From NCBI GenBank assembly GCA_963838925.1, contig CAWISW010000002.1, forward strand, positions 480,001 through 544,000: 64,000 nucleotides of DNA, written 5' to 3'. Source of the stretch: an uncultured Nitrososphaerota archaeon. Its GTDB lineage: Archaea > Thermoproteota > Nitrososphaeria > Nitrososphaerales > Gagatemarchaeaceae. This document shows positions 9,744-18,998 of the stretch, in pieces; position 1 is the first letter of the stretch; every line of letters begins with the position of its first letter. The translations under genes and the position numbers were made by a program. The notes beneath the pieces are model-generated. The model worked only from the letters and a program-made list of their open reading frames with translations, was not told the origin of the DNA and did no database searches.

Positions 9744-11048
9744 ATGCGCCAAGTCAGCGACAAGACGACTGCCCGGCGCACGCTGCTCGTCGCGCTCGCG
9801 CTGGGGGTGGGCTGCCTTCTCGTGGCCTCGTCTGCCTCCAAGGCGAGCGCCGCGCCCCCCCAGGGGACAACGATAGTCGTCGACTTTAGCGTCCCGGTCG
9901 ACCCCGGCTCTTCGAGCCTGATGTCCTCTGCCCTTGCCCAGGCAAGGTCTTCCGGCGCACCAGCGATAGTGATTCAGATGAACACGCCCGGAGGCCTCCT
10001 GAGCGACATGACCGATATCATCTCGGCCATCGAGCAGGCCAACCAATCGGGGATTCCCACCTACACCTACGTTCCCCCTGACGCCCTGGCGGCCTCCGCC
10101 GGGAGCTACATCGCGATGGCGAGCAACGGGATACTGATGGGTCCCGGGTCAGAGATAGGCCCCTCGACGCCGATAGTCGAGGGGGGCACCGCGCTCGACC
10201 AGAACCACACTGAGGGAGCGATGCTCTCGCTCATGGCCAGCCTGGCGGAGAAGTGGGGGAGGAACGCCACGGCGGCCCAGGCGATGGTGCTCTCGGACGT
10301 CGCTTACTCTGCGGCGGACGCCTACAGGTTCCACCTGACCCAGGGGAACGCGACGACCCTCCAGGGAGCCCTCTCGCAGTTCGGGCTCGGCCCTGGCTAC
10401 ACGGTCGTCCAGGAGGGAGTCTACGACCACCTCCTCAGCGCCCTCAGCGACCCCAACCTCACCGGAATCCTGATCTTCCTCGGGGCCCTCGCCATCGTGC
10501 TCGATCTGTGGCACCCGACCTTTGTCCTCTCGATCGCCGGGGCGATAGCGCTTGTCGCGGGCTTGGTAGGCGCAGAAGTGGTAGGCTCCTCGGTCCTGGG
10601 TCTCGTCGTCATACTGACGGGCGTCGGTCTGATGCTCCTCGAGCTGAGGCTCGGGCACGGGTTCGCCATGATAGGGGGCGCCGTGGTCGGCGGGCTTGGC
10701 GTCTACCTCCTCTTCCAAGGGGTCCAGTACTCGTCCTCGACCCTGGCCGACTATACCCAAGTGGAGGCGGTCGTCGTGGGGGCCGTCGGAGTGCTGGGCG
10801 GCCTGTACATCCGGTGGATAGTGGGGCCGTTGAGAAACAGGCGCAACTTGACCGGTTCGGAGTCGCTCATAGGGAAGCGCGGGGTCGCGGTCTCGCCGTC
10901 GGAGGTCAGGGTCGAGGGCATAATCTGGCGCGCCAGGATCGACTCGGGCGAGCTCAAGAAGGGGGAACGAGTAGAGGTGAGGTCTGTCGAAGAATTGGTC
11001 CTCCGCGTCGCCAAAGTCGAAGAGAATCGCGCCCTCGACGCGCAGTAG
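9744..11048 (+). CDS. NfeD-family membrane-bound serine protease (ClpP-like + TM + OB fold)
   Basis: Signal peptide, NTPGG, AASAGSYI, TM bundle and C-terminal VRVEG..WRA domain; paired with the SPFH gene. Confidence 0.88.
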   Translation: MRQVSDKTTARRTLLVALALGVGCLLVASSASKASAAPPQGTTIVVDFSVPVDPGSSSLMSSALAQARSSGAPAIVIQMNTPGGLLSDMTDIISAIEQANQSGIPTYTYVPPDALAASAGSYIAMASNGILMGPGSEIGPSTPIVEGGTALDQNHTEGAMLSLMASLAEKWGRNATAAQAMVLSDVAYSAADAYRFHLTQGNATTLQGALSQFGLGPGYTVVQEGVYDHLLSALSDPNLTGILIFLGALAIVLDLWHPTFVLSIAGAIALVAGLVGAEVVGSSVLGLVVILTGVGLMLLELRLGHGFAMIGGAVVGGLGVYLLFQGVQYSSSTLADYTQVEAVVVGAVGVLGGLYIRWIVGPLRNRRNLTGSESLIGKRGVAVSPSEVRVEGIIWRARIDSGELKKGERVEVRSVEELVLRVAKVEENRALDAQ

Positions 11049-11122
11049 CCTGCCCGACCCAGGCCACCGCCGAGAGAAGGCCTATATGGGGCGGCGGCCT
11101 ATTCGCCCCTAGATGGTGTGAT

Positions 11123-11959
11123 TTGGTGGACGTCGCTTCTCTAGCTGTCGAGGCACTCGCGGTCCTTATCGTCCTGGCGATTCTCCTGAGCGGGGTACGA
11201 GTGCTGCGCGAATGGGAGAGGGCGCCTATCCTTAGCCTCGGCAGGTACAAAGGCCTGAAGGGACCCGGAATAATATACGTAGTGCCGTTCATCAACAGGA
11301 TTCCCTTCACGATCTCGACGCGTCTGCAGACTGTCTCTTTCAAGACCGAGCAGACCTTCACAAAGGACAACGTCCCCGTCGTGGTCGACTCGGTGATGTA
11401 CTACCAGCCCGCGGACCTTCAAAAGGTCGTCCTCGGAGCGGAGAACTACATCATGGCGACCCAGCTCGCAGCCCAGACCACGCTCAGGGAGGTCATCGGG
11501 CAGGTGAGCTTCGACGACCTGCTCACCGAGCGCGAGAAGATAGGGGCCAAGGCAAGGGAGGTTATAGACAGCAAGACGGAGTCGTGGGGCATCAAGGTCA
11601 CCGCCGTCGAGATCAGGGACGTCGGCATCCCCTCGGCGCTCCAGGACGCCATGTCCAGGAACGCGCAGGCGGAGAGGGAGAGGAGGGCGAGGGTGACGCT
11701 CGCGCTCGCGGAGTTCGAGGCGGCGCAGAAGATGGTCGACGCGGCGAACCTCTATGCGAACAACGACAGGGCGTTCCAGTTGAGGTGGATGAACATCATC
11801 TACGAGCTGGGGCTGCAGGGAAAGAACACAATACTGCTCATCCCTTCCAACATCCCGGTCGCGGGGACTGTCGCAGGCCAGACGTTCCCTCCCGTCGGCG
11901 TGATGGGCATCCAAGAGCTGGCGAAACGGGCCCAGGGCACTTCGACCGAAGAAAAGTGA
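11123..11959 (+). CDS. SPFH/band-7 stomatin-like protein
   Basis: TM, then REWER, TKDNV.V.VD, AQTTLR.VIG, WGIKVTAVEIRDV and AERERRA. Start is TTG 11123 or GTG 11126, not 10253. Confidence 0.9.
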   Translation: MVDVASLAVEALAVLIVLAILLSGVRVLREWERAPILSLGRYKGLKGPGIIYVVPFINRIPFTISTRLQTVSFKTEQTFTKDNVPVVVDSVMYYQPADLQKVVLGAENYIMATQLAAQTTLREVIGQVSFDDLLTEREKIGAKAREVIDSKTESWGIKVTAVEIRDVGIPSALQDAMSRNAQAERERRARVTLALAEFEAAQKMVDAANLYANNDRAFQLRWMNIIYELGLQGKNTILLIPSNIPVAGTVAGQTFPPVGVMGIQELAKRAQGTSTEEK

Positions 11960-11971
11960 CGAAGGCTCCCC

Positions 11972-13741
11972 TCAGGCCTTCGACTGCACGCGCTTCTGCA
12001 TAGAGTACATCTCGACAAGCTCCTTCACGGTGGTGGCGTCCTCAGGCCCCTTCTCGTCGCGCACCTTGCCCGTGAACTTGGGGAATCTCAGAGCCAGGCC
12101 GCTGCCCGGCCTCAGCTCGTTCATCGCCGCCGGGTGGATTGGGGAGAGCGTCAGCTCCGAGGCGATGGTCTCTATCACCACCTTCGGGCGGTACCAGATG
12201 TCGGGGACGAGGCCCGATTCCACGCCAGGAGGCTTCACGTGGCTCTCGTACTGGGACAAGAGCTTCGGGAACCTCTCGAGGTCGGCGTCGCTGAACCCGG
12301 TGCCTATCTTGGTCACGGTAGGGAAGGTCTTCCTCTTGCTGTCGTAGGCCGCGAGGAGGTATGCGCCATACACCCCAACCCTCCTCCCCCTCCCGTGGAA
12401 CGCCCCCACTATCACGAGGTCTATGGTGTCGGTGAGCTCGCTGCTGTACTCGCGCTTTAGCTTGATCCACCCGAACTCCCTCGCGCCGGCGCGGTAGATG
12501 CCGTCGGGCTTCTTCGCCATTATCCCTTCGCAGCCCTCGGAGATGGCGAGCTCCATGAACTGCTCCATCTCCTCGGCGGTCTCGACCATCTTCGAGGGGA
12601 CGGGGCGCGTGAACTCTGTCACCTCGACCACCCTCTCGAGCTGCGCGCGCCGCTTGAGGTAGGGCTGCCCGGTGATGTCCTTCCCGTCGACGTTGAGCGC
12701 GTCGAAGAAGTTCACCGCGACCGGGTACTGCTTCATCATCTCCTCGATGCCGTGCTTCCTCCGCCTGTGCATCAGCTCTTGGAACGGAAGGTACTCGCCC
12801 GTATCCGCGTTGATCGCCACCACCTCGCCCTCGAGGACCGCTCGCTTGGACTTCACGCAGCTCTTGACGTAGCGCACCACGTCTGGATAGTTCGAGGTGA
12901 TCCTCTCGAGGCGCCTCGAGAAGAGCTCGACCTTATCGCCGTCCTTGTGCATCTGCAACCTCTCTCCGTCGAGCTTGTACTCCGCAGCGATGGGCTTCCC
13001 GATCTGGTCGAGGATGGCCTGGGCTGACTTCAACCGCTCGGCGAGCATGGGCCTTATCGGCTTCCCCACCTCGAGGTGGATCTTCTCGACGCCTGCGAGA
13101 CCCTCCTCGGCCGCGACCCCGATCACGAAGCCGAGGTCGGAGGTCACGTTGTAGGCTCGCTCGAGCAGCTTCCGGTGGGCCTTGTCGCCGAGGAGGCCGA
13201 CGGCCGCGCCGTCCAGGATGGTATAGTCAGCGACCCCCAGGCGGAGGACGCCCATGGCGGTCCTTAGGATGTACTTCGCCTCGACGGGCGTCGCATCGTT
13301 GAGCAGGCTCACAAGCTCCCTGAGCTTGGACTCTATCGACCCTCCCCCGCTCGTCTTGGCTATCGAGAGCAGCGAATCGTAGACGTGTCTGAGGGTCAGG
13401 GGCTCCGACACCAGCGAGCCCTGCCTCTCCCGTCCCGCCCCTCCCTTCAGGAGGGCCTGCGCGGCGCTCCCGATGTCGCCCGCCCTGATGTAGGCGTCCT
13501 TCACCTCTAGGGCGGTCCTCCCGGACGCGGTGGCCAGCGCCCTAAGCGCCAACTTCTCGGCTATCCCGAGCTCAACGCCCTCGTAGTCGGGACGGAGCTT
13601 GCCCTGCATGAGGTAAGCCAGGATGGGGAGGTCTGTCTTTGGCGTAGCCTTGAAGAGGGACGAGAGTATCTCGGTCATCTCGAGCCTTCCGCTCGTGGCC
13701 TCGAGCCTCTCGAAGTATTCGGCGACGAGGGAGTACTTCAA
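11972..13741 (-). CDS. lig: ATP-dependent DNA ligase
   Basis: EYKLDGER, EGIMAK, WIKLK and LRFP motifs. Confidence 0.96.
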   Translation of the reverse strand: MKYSLVAEYFERLEATSGRLEMTEILSSLFKATPKTDLPILAYLMQGKLRPDYEGVELGIAEKLALRALATASGRTALEVKDAYIRAGDIGSAAQALLKGGAGRERQGSLVSEPLTLRHVYDSLLSIAKTSGGGSIESKLRELVSLLNDATPVEAKYILRTAMGVLRLGVADYTILDGAAVGLLGDKAHRKLLERAYNVTSDLGFVIGVAAEEGLAGVEKIHLEVGKPIRPMLAERLKSAQAILDQIGKPIAAEYKLDGERLQMHKDGDKVELFSRRLERITSNYPDVVRYVKSCVKSKRAVLEGEVVAINADTGEYLPFQELMHRRRKHGIEEMMKQYPVAVNFFDALNVDGKDITGQPYLKRRAQLERVVEVTEFTRPVPSKMVETAEEMEQFMELAISEGCEGIMAKKPDGIYRAGAREFGWIKLKREYSSELTDTIDLVIVGAFHGRGRRVGVYGAYLLAAYDSKRKTFPTVTKIGTGFSDADLERFPKLLSQYESHVKPPGVESGLVPDIWYRPKVVIETIASELTLSPIHPAAMNELRPGSGLALRFPKFTGKVRDEKGPEDATTVKELVEMYSMQKRVQSKA

Positions 13742-13788
13742 GCCGACCGTTTCGTCTTTGGAAACCTGCCGATATAACCTGTATCAGG

Positions 13789-14802
13789 TCACGCCGCAAG
13801 CAGCGCGTCCTTGAACGACGAGGGAGAGGGGATGCTCAGGCCCGCAGCTCGTAGCTGGCCTATGACGGAGTCGCCTGAGAGCTGGGCTGGATACGAGTAT
13901 TCTCCCTCGACGCGACGCATGGTGGAGGCGTCCAGGCCCGACAGGGCTGCGTATGGTGCCGCGTACGACCCCCTGTCCCTCCTGAGCGCCTCCATCGCCG
14001 CGCCGTGCCTCCTCGAGAGCTTGGAGAGGAGCCGCTCGCCGAGGTGCGTCCCAGCCGCTGTCGCGCAGCACACGTGATCAGGAAGGTCCGAGTAGCGCAT
14101 GACCCTCTTGGCTCCGCGCGACTCGAGCATCGTGGCATATGGCTCCCAAATCGAGCACACGTCTGCGGCCCCGGACATCAGCGCCCTCTCAATCTCCTCG
14201 GGGCTGCTGGCGTAGGTGAGCGACCCGATCTCGCGTATCGAGTGGTGGTTCTCGGCCGACCGCATCAGCACCTCCATCGTCGACATCTTGGTGCAGATCG
14301 CACTCGTCCCGTCTCGGCGTGTCGGCCTGCTCTTCGGGCTTTCGAGGACGCTGGAACCTCCGGCACCAGCCGGCCCGATTATCTTGAACGGCGCCTCGAG
14401 CGAGTGCAGCATGAAGAGGGTGACCAGAGGCGCTATGCCGACGTCTATGCGAAGGAGGGAGAGGTCCCGCGCGACGCTCACACCGTTGTCGTAGACCCTG
14501 AATTCTAGCTCAATCCCATCATCCCTGAGCATCCTCCTCAGGGGGACTAGGAAGGGGTACTCGGCTGCGCGGGTGAATCCGAGCCGCAGGGCGCTGCCAT
14601 TTGGCCCCGCGCGGCCGGCGACGTAGGCCACCTTCAGGTTCCGCCCCTCCCTCGACCTCATGACCAGCTTCCTCCCCTCGAGGCTCGAGAGGACCTCCGA
14701 CATCGTCGCACGAGAGAACCCCGTCGCCCTCATGAGCTCCGACTGGTACGCCTCCCCGTTCTCGCGGAGGATCCTGAGCGTCTCCGCTTCGGCGCGTCCC
14801 AT
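13789..14802 (-). CDS. Transcriptional regulator: N-terminal winged HTH fused to an NMT1/THI5/TauA-like solute-binding fold
   Basis: YQSELMRATGFSRATMSEVLSSLE HTH, then LRLGFTRAAEYP...IWEPY...HVCC; no signal peptide. Confidence 0.75.
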   Translation of the reverse strand: MGRAEAETLRILRENGEAYQSELMRATGFSRATMSEVLSSLEGRKLVMRSREGRNLKVAYVAGRAGPNGSALRLGFTRAAEYPFLVPLRRMLRDDGIELEFRVYDNGVSVARDLSLLRIDVGIAPLVTLFMLHSLEAPFKIIGPAGAGGSSVLESPKSRPTRRDGTSAICTKMSTMEVLMRSAENHHSIREIGSLTYASSPEEIERALMSGAADVCSIWEPYATMLESRGAKRVMRYSDLPDHVCCATAAGTHLGERLLSKLSRRHGAAMEALRRDRGSYAAPYAALSGLDASTMRRVEGEYSYPAQLSGDSVIGQLRAAGLSIPSPSSFKDALLAA

Positions 14803-14823
14803 GGCACGGTGTCACCTCCAAGA

Positions 14824-14852
14824 TTTAATAAGATATCCGAACATGTGTTCGG
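14824..14852 (+). promoter_or_regulatory. TATA box plus palindromic operator CCGAACA-tg-TGTTCGG
   Basis: tttaataa at 14824-14831, then a 7-2-7 inverted repeat at 14837-14852, between divergent regulator and permease genes. Confidence 0.6.
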
Positions 14853-14921
14853 TTGTGGACTGTCGTTCGCACCCCATCGTAGGCGCGCTGCCAGACAGCC
14901 TCTACAGGCTTTGACGTTAGT

Positions 14922-16217
14922 TTGGAGCAGCTAGGGATAGAGCACGTCGACGAGGAGAAGAGGCACGGCCGCCCCTTCAACGCCTTCACCTTGTGGTTCG
15001 GCGCGAACCTCACGATAGCCGACTTCGCCCTCGGCTCCTTGTTCTTCGGGCTCCCCTTCTCGAGCATAATCATTGCGATAGTCGTCGGGAACGTCCTGGG
15101 CGGCCTCCTGCTCGGGCTGATGGCCTCCATGGGCCCCAAGTTCGGGTATCCCCAGATGATGATCTCCCGGGCGGTGATGGGCCGGCTGGGCAACGTCCCT
15201 TTCGCCCTCGCGAACTGGGTGAGCACCGTGGGCTGGTTCACCGTCAACATCATACTCGGAGGGTACGCGCTCAACCTCGCGTTCGGGCTCCCGTTCTACG
15301 CAGCAGCGGGCGTGATGGTAGTCGTGGACGTGGTGCTCGCTACCTACGGGCACGACATCATCCACACCTTCGAGAAGGTCATGTCCGTCGTGCTCGCCGT
15401 GATGTTCGGAGGGATGACCGTCTTCGCCTACTTCAAGATGGGTGCGAACTTCTCAGCCTACCAGTCGACGGCCTCCTTCAACCTCTACTTCTGGGCGCTC
15501 GTGGTCGCCGTCGTCTTCTCGTACCTCATGAGCTGGTCGCCCTACGCCGCCGACTACTCGCGGTACCTCCCGAAATCCTCGTCCAAGTGGAAGGTCGTGG
15601 CCTTCACCATGGCAGGCGGGGCGATCGCGAGCGCGTGGGCCGAGGTCGCGGGCTTCTTCGTCTACGTCGCCGCGAACAACACCCACCTCAACATGATCTC
15701 GGCCCTCTCCTCAGTCTCAGGGAGCTACTCGGTGTTCACGCTCATGGCGATAGTCCTCGGCGCGATCGCGGCGGACGCGCTCAACCTCTACACGAACTCG
15801 CTCTCGGCGCTGGTGCTCTACAAGAAGGCGGGCAGGGTGCAGACCGTCTTCCTGGCGGGGGTGGTGGGCTTCGTCCTGGCTCTCCTTGGCTCCTCCAACT
15901 TCGGGACGTTCTACCAGAACTTCCTGCTCACGCTCGACTATTGGATCACGCCCTGGATTGGGGTGGTCCTCGGCGCGTTCTTCGTGAAGAAGGTGACGTC
16001 GGGTGTCGAGAGCGCGCCCCCGTTCCTCAAGACCGGCCTCGGCGCGTACCTCGTGGGCTTGGCGATATCGGTCCCCTTCATGAACCTAACCTCCTACGGC
16101 CTGAACTACGTCGGGCCGGTCGCGAACCTCATCGGCGGGGCGGACGTGAGCTACTTCGTGGCCGCGCTCGCCGCCTTCCTCGCCTACGCGCTCATCGCGC
16201 GGCGGCAGAAGACTTAA
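14922..16217 (+). CDS. NCS1-family purine-cytosine permease (CodB/CytX-like)
   Basis: WFGAN, GYPQM..SR, GWFTVN, SWSPYAADYSRY and about 12 TM segments. Confidence 0.9.
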   Translation: MEQLGIEHVDEEKRHGRPFNAFTLWFGANLTIADFALGSLFFGLPFSSIIIAIVVGNVLGGLLLGLMASMGPKFGYPQMMISRAVMGRLGNVPFALANWVSTVGWFTVNIILGGYALNLAFGLPFYAAAGVMVVVDVVLATYGHDIIHTFEKVMSVVLAVMFGGMTVFAYFKMGANFSAYQSTASFNLYFWALVVAVVFSYLMSWSPYAADYSRYLPKSSSKWKVVAFTMAGGAIASAWAEVAGFFVYVAANNTHLNMISALSSVSGSYSVFTLMAIVLGAIAADALNLYTNSLSALVLYKKAGRVQTVFLAGVVGFVLALLGSSNFGTFYQNFLLTLDYWITPWIGVVLGAFFVKKVTSGVESAPPFLKTGLGAYLVGLAISVPFMNLTSYGLNYVGPVANLIGGADVSYFVAALAAFLAYALIARRQKT

Positions 16218-16254
16218 TTCCCCCGGGCCGTCGCGAGGACTCCAGTGAACTGAG

Positions 16255-16614
16255 ATGGGCGGCACAAAGAAGAAGTCCTTGGCATCGATGGAAAAGTCGC
16301 AAGACGATAACGCTAACTCCGCGGCGGGAGGAGGGGACCAGCCCGGAAAGAAGAAGACAGAGAAGACGAAAGTGGTCGGCGAGCGGAAGCGCGTCGACGT
16401 CCTGATGCCCAGGGCGAACGACCAAGAGCTGATGAAGACCTTGGGATCACTGAAGGCAATCACGATCTACGCGGCCGCGCGGTCCCTCTCGGTCAACGCG
16501 TCCGTAGCCAGGTCAGTCCTGGCGTCGCTCGAGCAGAAGGGCATGGTGAAGCGCGTGGGAGGCTACAGCGGCCACTACATCTGGGCGCCTGCTTCCTTGA
16601 CCGTGGCGGCGTAG
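16255..16614 (+). CDS. rps25e: 30S ribosomal protein S25e
   Basis: MGGTKKK N-terminus and K.IT.Y..AR...VN.SVA..VL..L winged-helix core. Confidence 0.88.
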   Translation: MGGTKKKSLASMEKSQDDNANSAAGGGDQPGKKKTEKTKVVGERKRVDVLMPRANDQELMKTLGSLKAITIYAAARSLSVNASVARSVLASLEQKGMVKRVGGYSGHYIWAPASLTVAA

Positions 16615-16973
16615 ATCTGCATCACGTCTCCGGCTGCCACCTTCTGAAGCAGCTCGATTCCTTCTTCCACCTTCCCCACCGGGTTTAGGGGCCGCTGGCT
16701 CTTCGCGTTCGCCAGGAAGATGCAGATGGAGCCGTTCGCCGCGAGGAACGCAACGTCTCCTTTCGAGAACTCGAGCCTCTGTTTCTCCACTCCGATCTTG
16801 ATCGGGGTCAGGAGCGTGATCATGGCGCCCGGGTAGGTCATCGCCCTGGCCGAGACCGGGAAGGAGTCGAGGAGCGCGGTCACGGTCACGGGAGCCAGGT
16901 GGCGGTAGAAGCCCAGCGTGAACTCGCCCTTGCCTCTAACGGAGGCCTTGCACTCGACCTTGGAGACCGACAA
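16575..16973 (-). CDS. Cyclophilin-like fold protein
   Basis: RHLAPVTV...GDVAFL..NGSICIF...PLNPVGKV pattern. Confidence 0.7.
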   Translation of the reverse strand: MSVSKVECKASVRGKGEFTLGFYRHLAPVTVTALLDSFPVSARAMTYPGAMITLLTPIKIGVEKQRLEFSKGDVAFLAANGSICIFLANAKSQRPLNPVGKVEEGIELLQKVAAGDVMQIYAATVKEAGAQM

Positions 16974-17166
16974 CTTTCGTTCGAGCCTTGGTGGTCGGAG
17001 GTCAGTATTTATGCCATGATTGCCATCGGGCCGCCCGGCGCGAGAGAGGCCGACCTAGTGCCGGTCCCCTCGGGGGCGATGGAAAGGGGGAGAAAACGAG
17101 GCGCTAACGAACAAGCACAACACTTATACCGCCTCCCAAAAAGGCCTCTCACCTTCTGGGTTTTTT

Positions 17167-17463
17167 TTGGTAACAATCGCAGCTTCTAAAGACAAACGAA
17201 AAGCGAAACGAGCCGCAGAAGAGGGTTTCGTAATCACAATCGGCCCAGACAAGCTCACAAGGTTCGAGAAGGCAAGAATAATCGGAGCACGCTCGCTCCA
17301 GCTCGCGATGGGCGCGCCTTCCTTCGTCCCCATCGACGAGAGCATCAGGGACTCCATCGCCCTGGCGATGATGGAGCTAGCGAGCGACGCTCTCCCCATC
17401 TCGATCAGGCGCTCCCTGCCCGACGGCCACTCTCAAGACATCCCGATCAAGTACCTCCTCTAG
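17167..17463 (+). CDS. rpoK: DNA-directed RNA polymerase subunit K (Rpo6)
   Basis: LTRFEKARIIGARSLQLAMGAP...LPISIRR signature. Confidence 0.95.
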   Translation: MVTIAASKDKRKAKRAAEEGFVITIGPDKLTRFEKARIIGARSLQLAMGAPSFVPIDESIRDSIALAMMELASDALPISIRRSLPDGHSQDIPIKYLL

Positions 17464-17570
17464 GCCGGTGGGCCATCCGACTGCGGTCACAATAGAACCA
17501 ATAGAACCTATACCAAATGACGAATTCTTCGGTATGCATAAATAGCCTGAGCCGGGCAGAGGCGGCACCC

Positions 17571-17933
17571 ATGTCAGCCAAAGCAAGCACTAAGAGACAA
17601 CCCAGGTCCAAAGACGAGGAGAGGACAGAATCTCCTTCCGAAGAAGCCCCCGCAATGATGGGGCCATCTAACCACATCTACGTAGGAAAGAAGCCGGTGA
17701 TGAGCTACGCAATGTCGGCGCTCATCCAGCTCTCGCAGGCAGGAGAGTGCAACATCAAGGCAAGGGGCTTAGCCATCAGCCGAGCAGTCGATGTGGCCGA
17801 GATCGTCACTAGGAGACTAGGGAACGGCACGTTCACCGTCAAGAACGTGAACATCAGCACAGAGCAAGTGAAGAGCACCGAGACCGGCGAGATGCGAAAC
17901 GTCTCGTCGATCGAGATCCTAGTAGGAAAGTAG
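17571..17933 (+). CDS. albA: Alba chromatin/RNA-binding protein with N-terminal extension
   Basis: IYVGKKPVMSY, IKARG.AISRAVDVAE, VSSIEI; TATA-like cataaata at 17537-17544 supports ATG 17571. Confidence 0.9.
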   Translation: MSAKASTKRQPRSKDEERTESPSEEAPAMMGPSNHIYVGKKPVMSYAMSALIQLSQAGECNIKARGLAISRAVDVAEIVTRRLGNGTFTVKNVNISTEQVKSTETGEMRNVSSIEILVGK

Positions 17934-18110
17934 GACTCCTTTCGGACTCGACATCTCTGGCAACCCAAGCGACAATCACATCTGGCAAGGATAGCCGCAA
18001 CGCCTAGCGGAGCATGTGCCTTGAGATTCGGCGCTCGGGCCTGGCTCTTGCCCGCATGGGCTTCGTAGCTCCGTCGTCGCTAAATCCATCCGAGAGCTGA
18101 CTGTGACGGC

Positions 18111-18804
18111 ATGCTGAAGGGAAAGACCTTCGTCTTGGTACCCGGCGCGTGGCTAGGGGGCGTGGGCTTGGCGGCGGGTAGTCCCGCTCCTCGAGCGCGG
18201 AGGGTCCGCGGTGTACCCCCTGACGCTCACCGGAATGGGCGACAGGGTCCATCTGGCGACGCCACAGGTGGGCATCGAAACGGCGATGCAGGACGTAATG
18301 AACGCCATCGTCTACGAGGGGCTCGAGGACGTGGTCCTCGTGGGGCACAGCTTCGCGAGCAAAGTCGTCGCCGGCGTAGCTGACAGGATGCCAGAGCGAA
18401 TAGGGACGCCGCTCTTTCTGGACGCCTTCAGGCCCGCTCGTGTGCTCACGGCACAGGGGGACTTCAGCGCAGAGAGTTGGCCTCTGCTCCCAGACGGGTG
18501 GATAATTCCACTCACCGAAGACCTTCTTGGAAACTTCGGGAGAGATGTCCAAGGCGCGGATCGAGAATAGATGCTATCGAAAATCACGCCCTGGCTCATG
18601 AGATACGCGGGAAACACGGTGACGCTCTCAGAGAAATGGGATTCAGTGAGGAAGGCATACATCTTCTGCACCGCCAGCGGTGACGATGTGGAGAAGATCC
18701 TGAAGGAAAAACTGGACGGCGAGCACAGGGTCCTCGAGTCGGGCCACTGGCCGATGATCACTAGGCCAGATGAGCTGACGCAGACGATGCTGGAGCTCGC
18801 GTGA
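18111..18804 (+). pseudogene. Alpha/beta hydrolase (esterase) pseudogene
   Basis: FVLVPGAWLG, then a frameshift at the G-run 18156-18160 to WAWRRV..YPLTLTG..VGHSF; in-frame TAG at 18568-18570; continues to SGHWPM. Confidence 0.8.
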
Positions 18805-18998
18805 CGCGCTTCTCTCTCCGACCGCGCAACAACCGAACTTCAAAGAAGACATTTCGCGCGAAAAGATTTTGCGAATCGCACGCGGCAGTTTTTTCTTTCT
18901 AGATTCACAATTCTTTTTCCGGAAAAAAATTCGACCGGGAATTTTTTTTGGGAATATGTTTTTAAGTTAATTGTTGGAGGGATTGTGCAACAAGAAAA

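Noticed and set aside
10253-11122. Apparent 290-aa N-terminal extension of the SPFH protein
   Set aside because: Alternate frame within nfeD; the real start has its own SD-like element at about 11115.
18568-18570. In-frame TAG as pyrrolysine or read-through
   Set aside because: The same gene also has a frameshift, the position fits TGG to TAG, TAG is a normal stop elsewhere in the window, and no pyl genes are visible.
18840-18998. AT-rich region as a replication origin
   Set aside because: No recognisable ORB repeats and no adjacent orc1/cdc6; kept only as an unexplained regulatory region.
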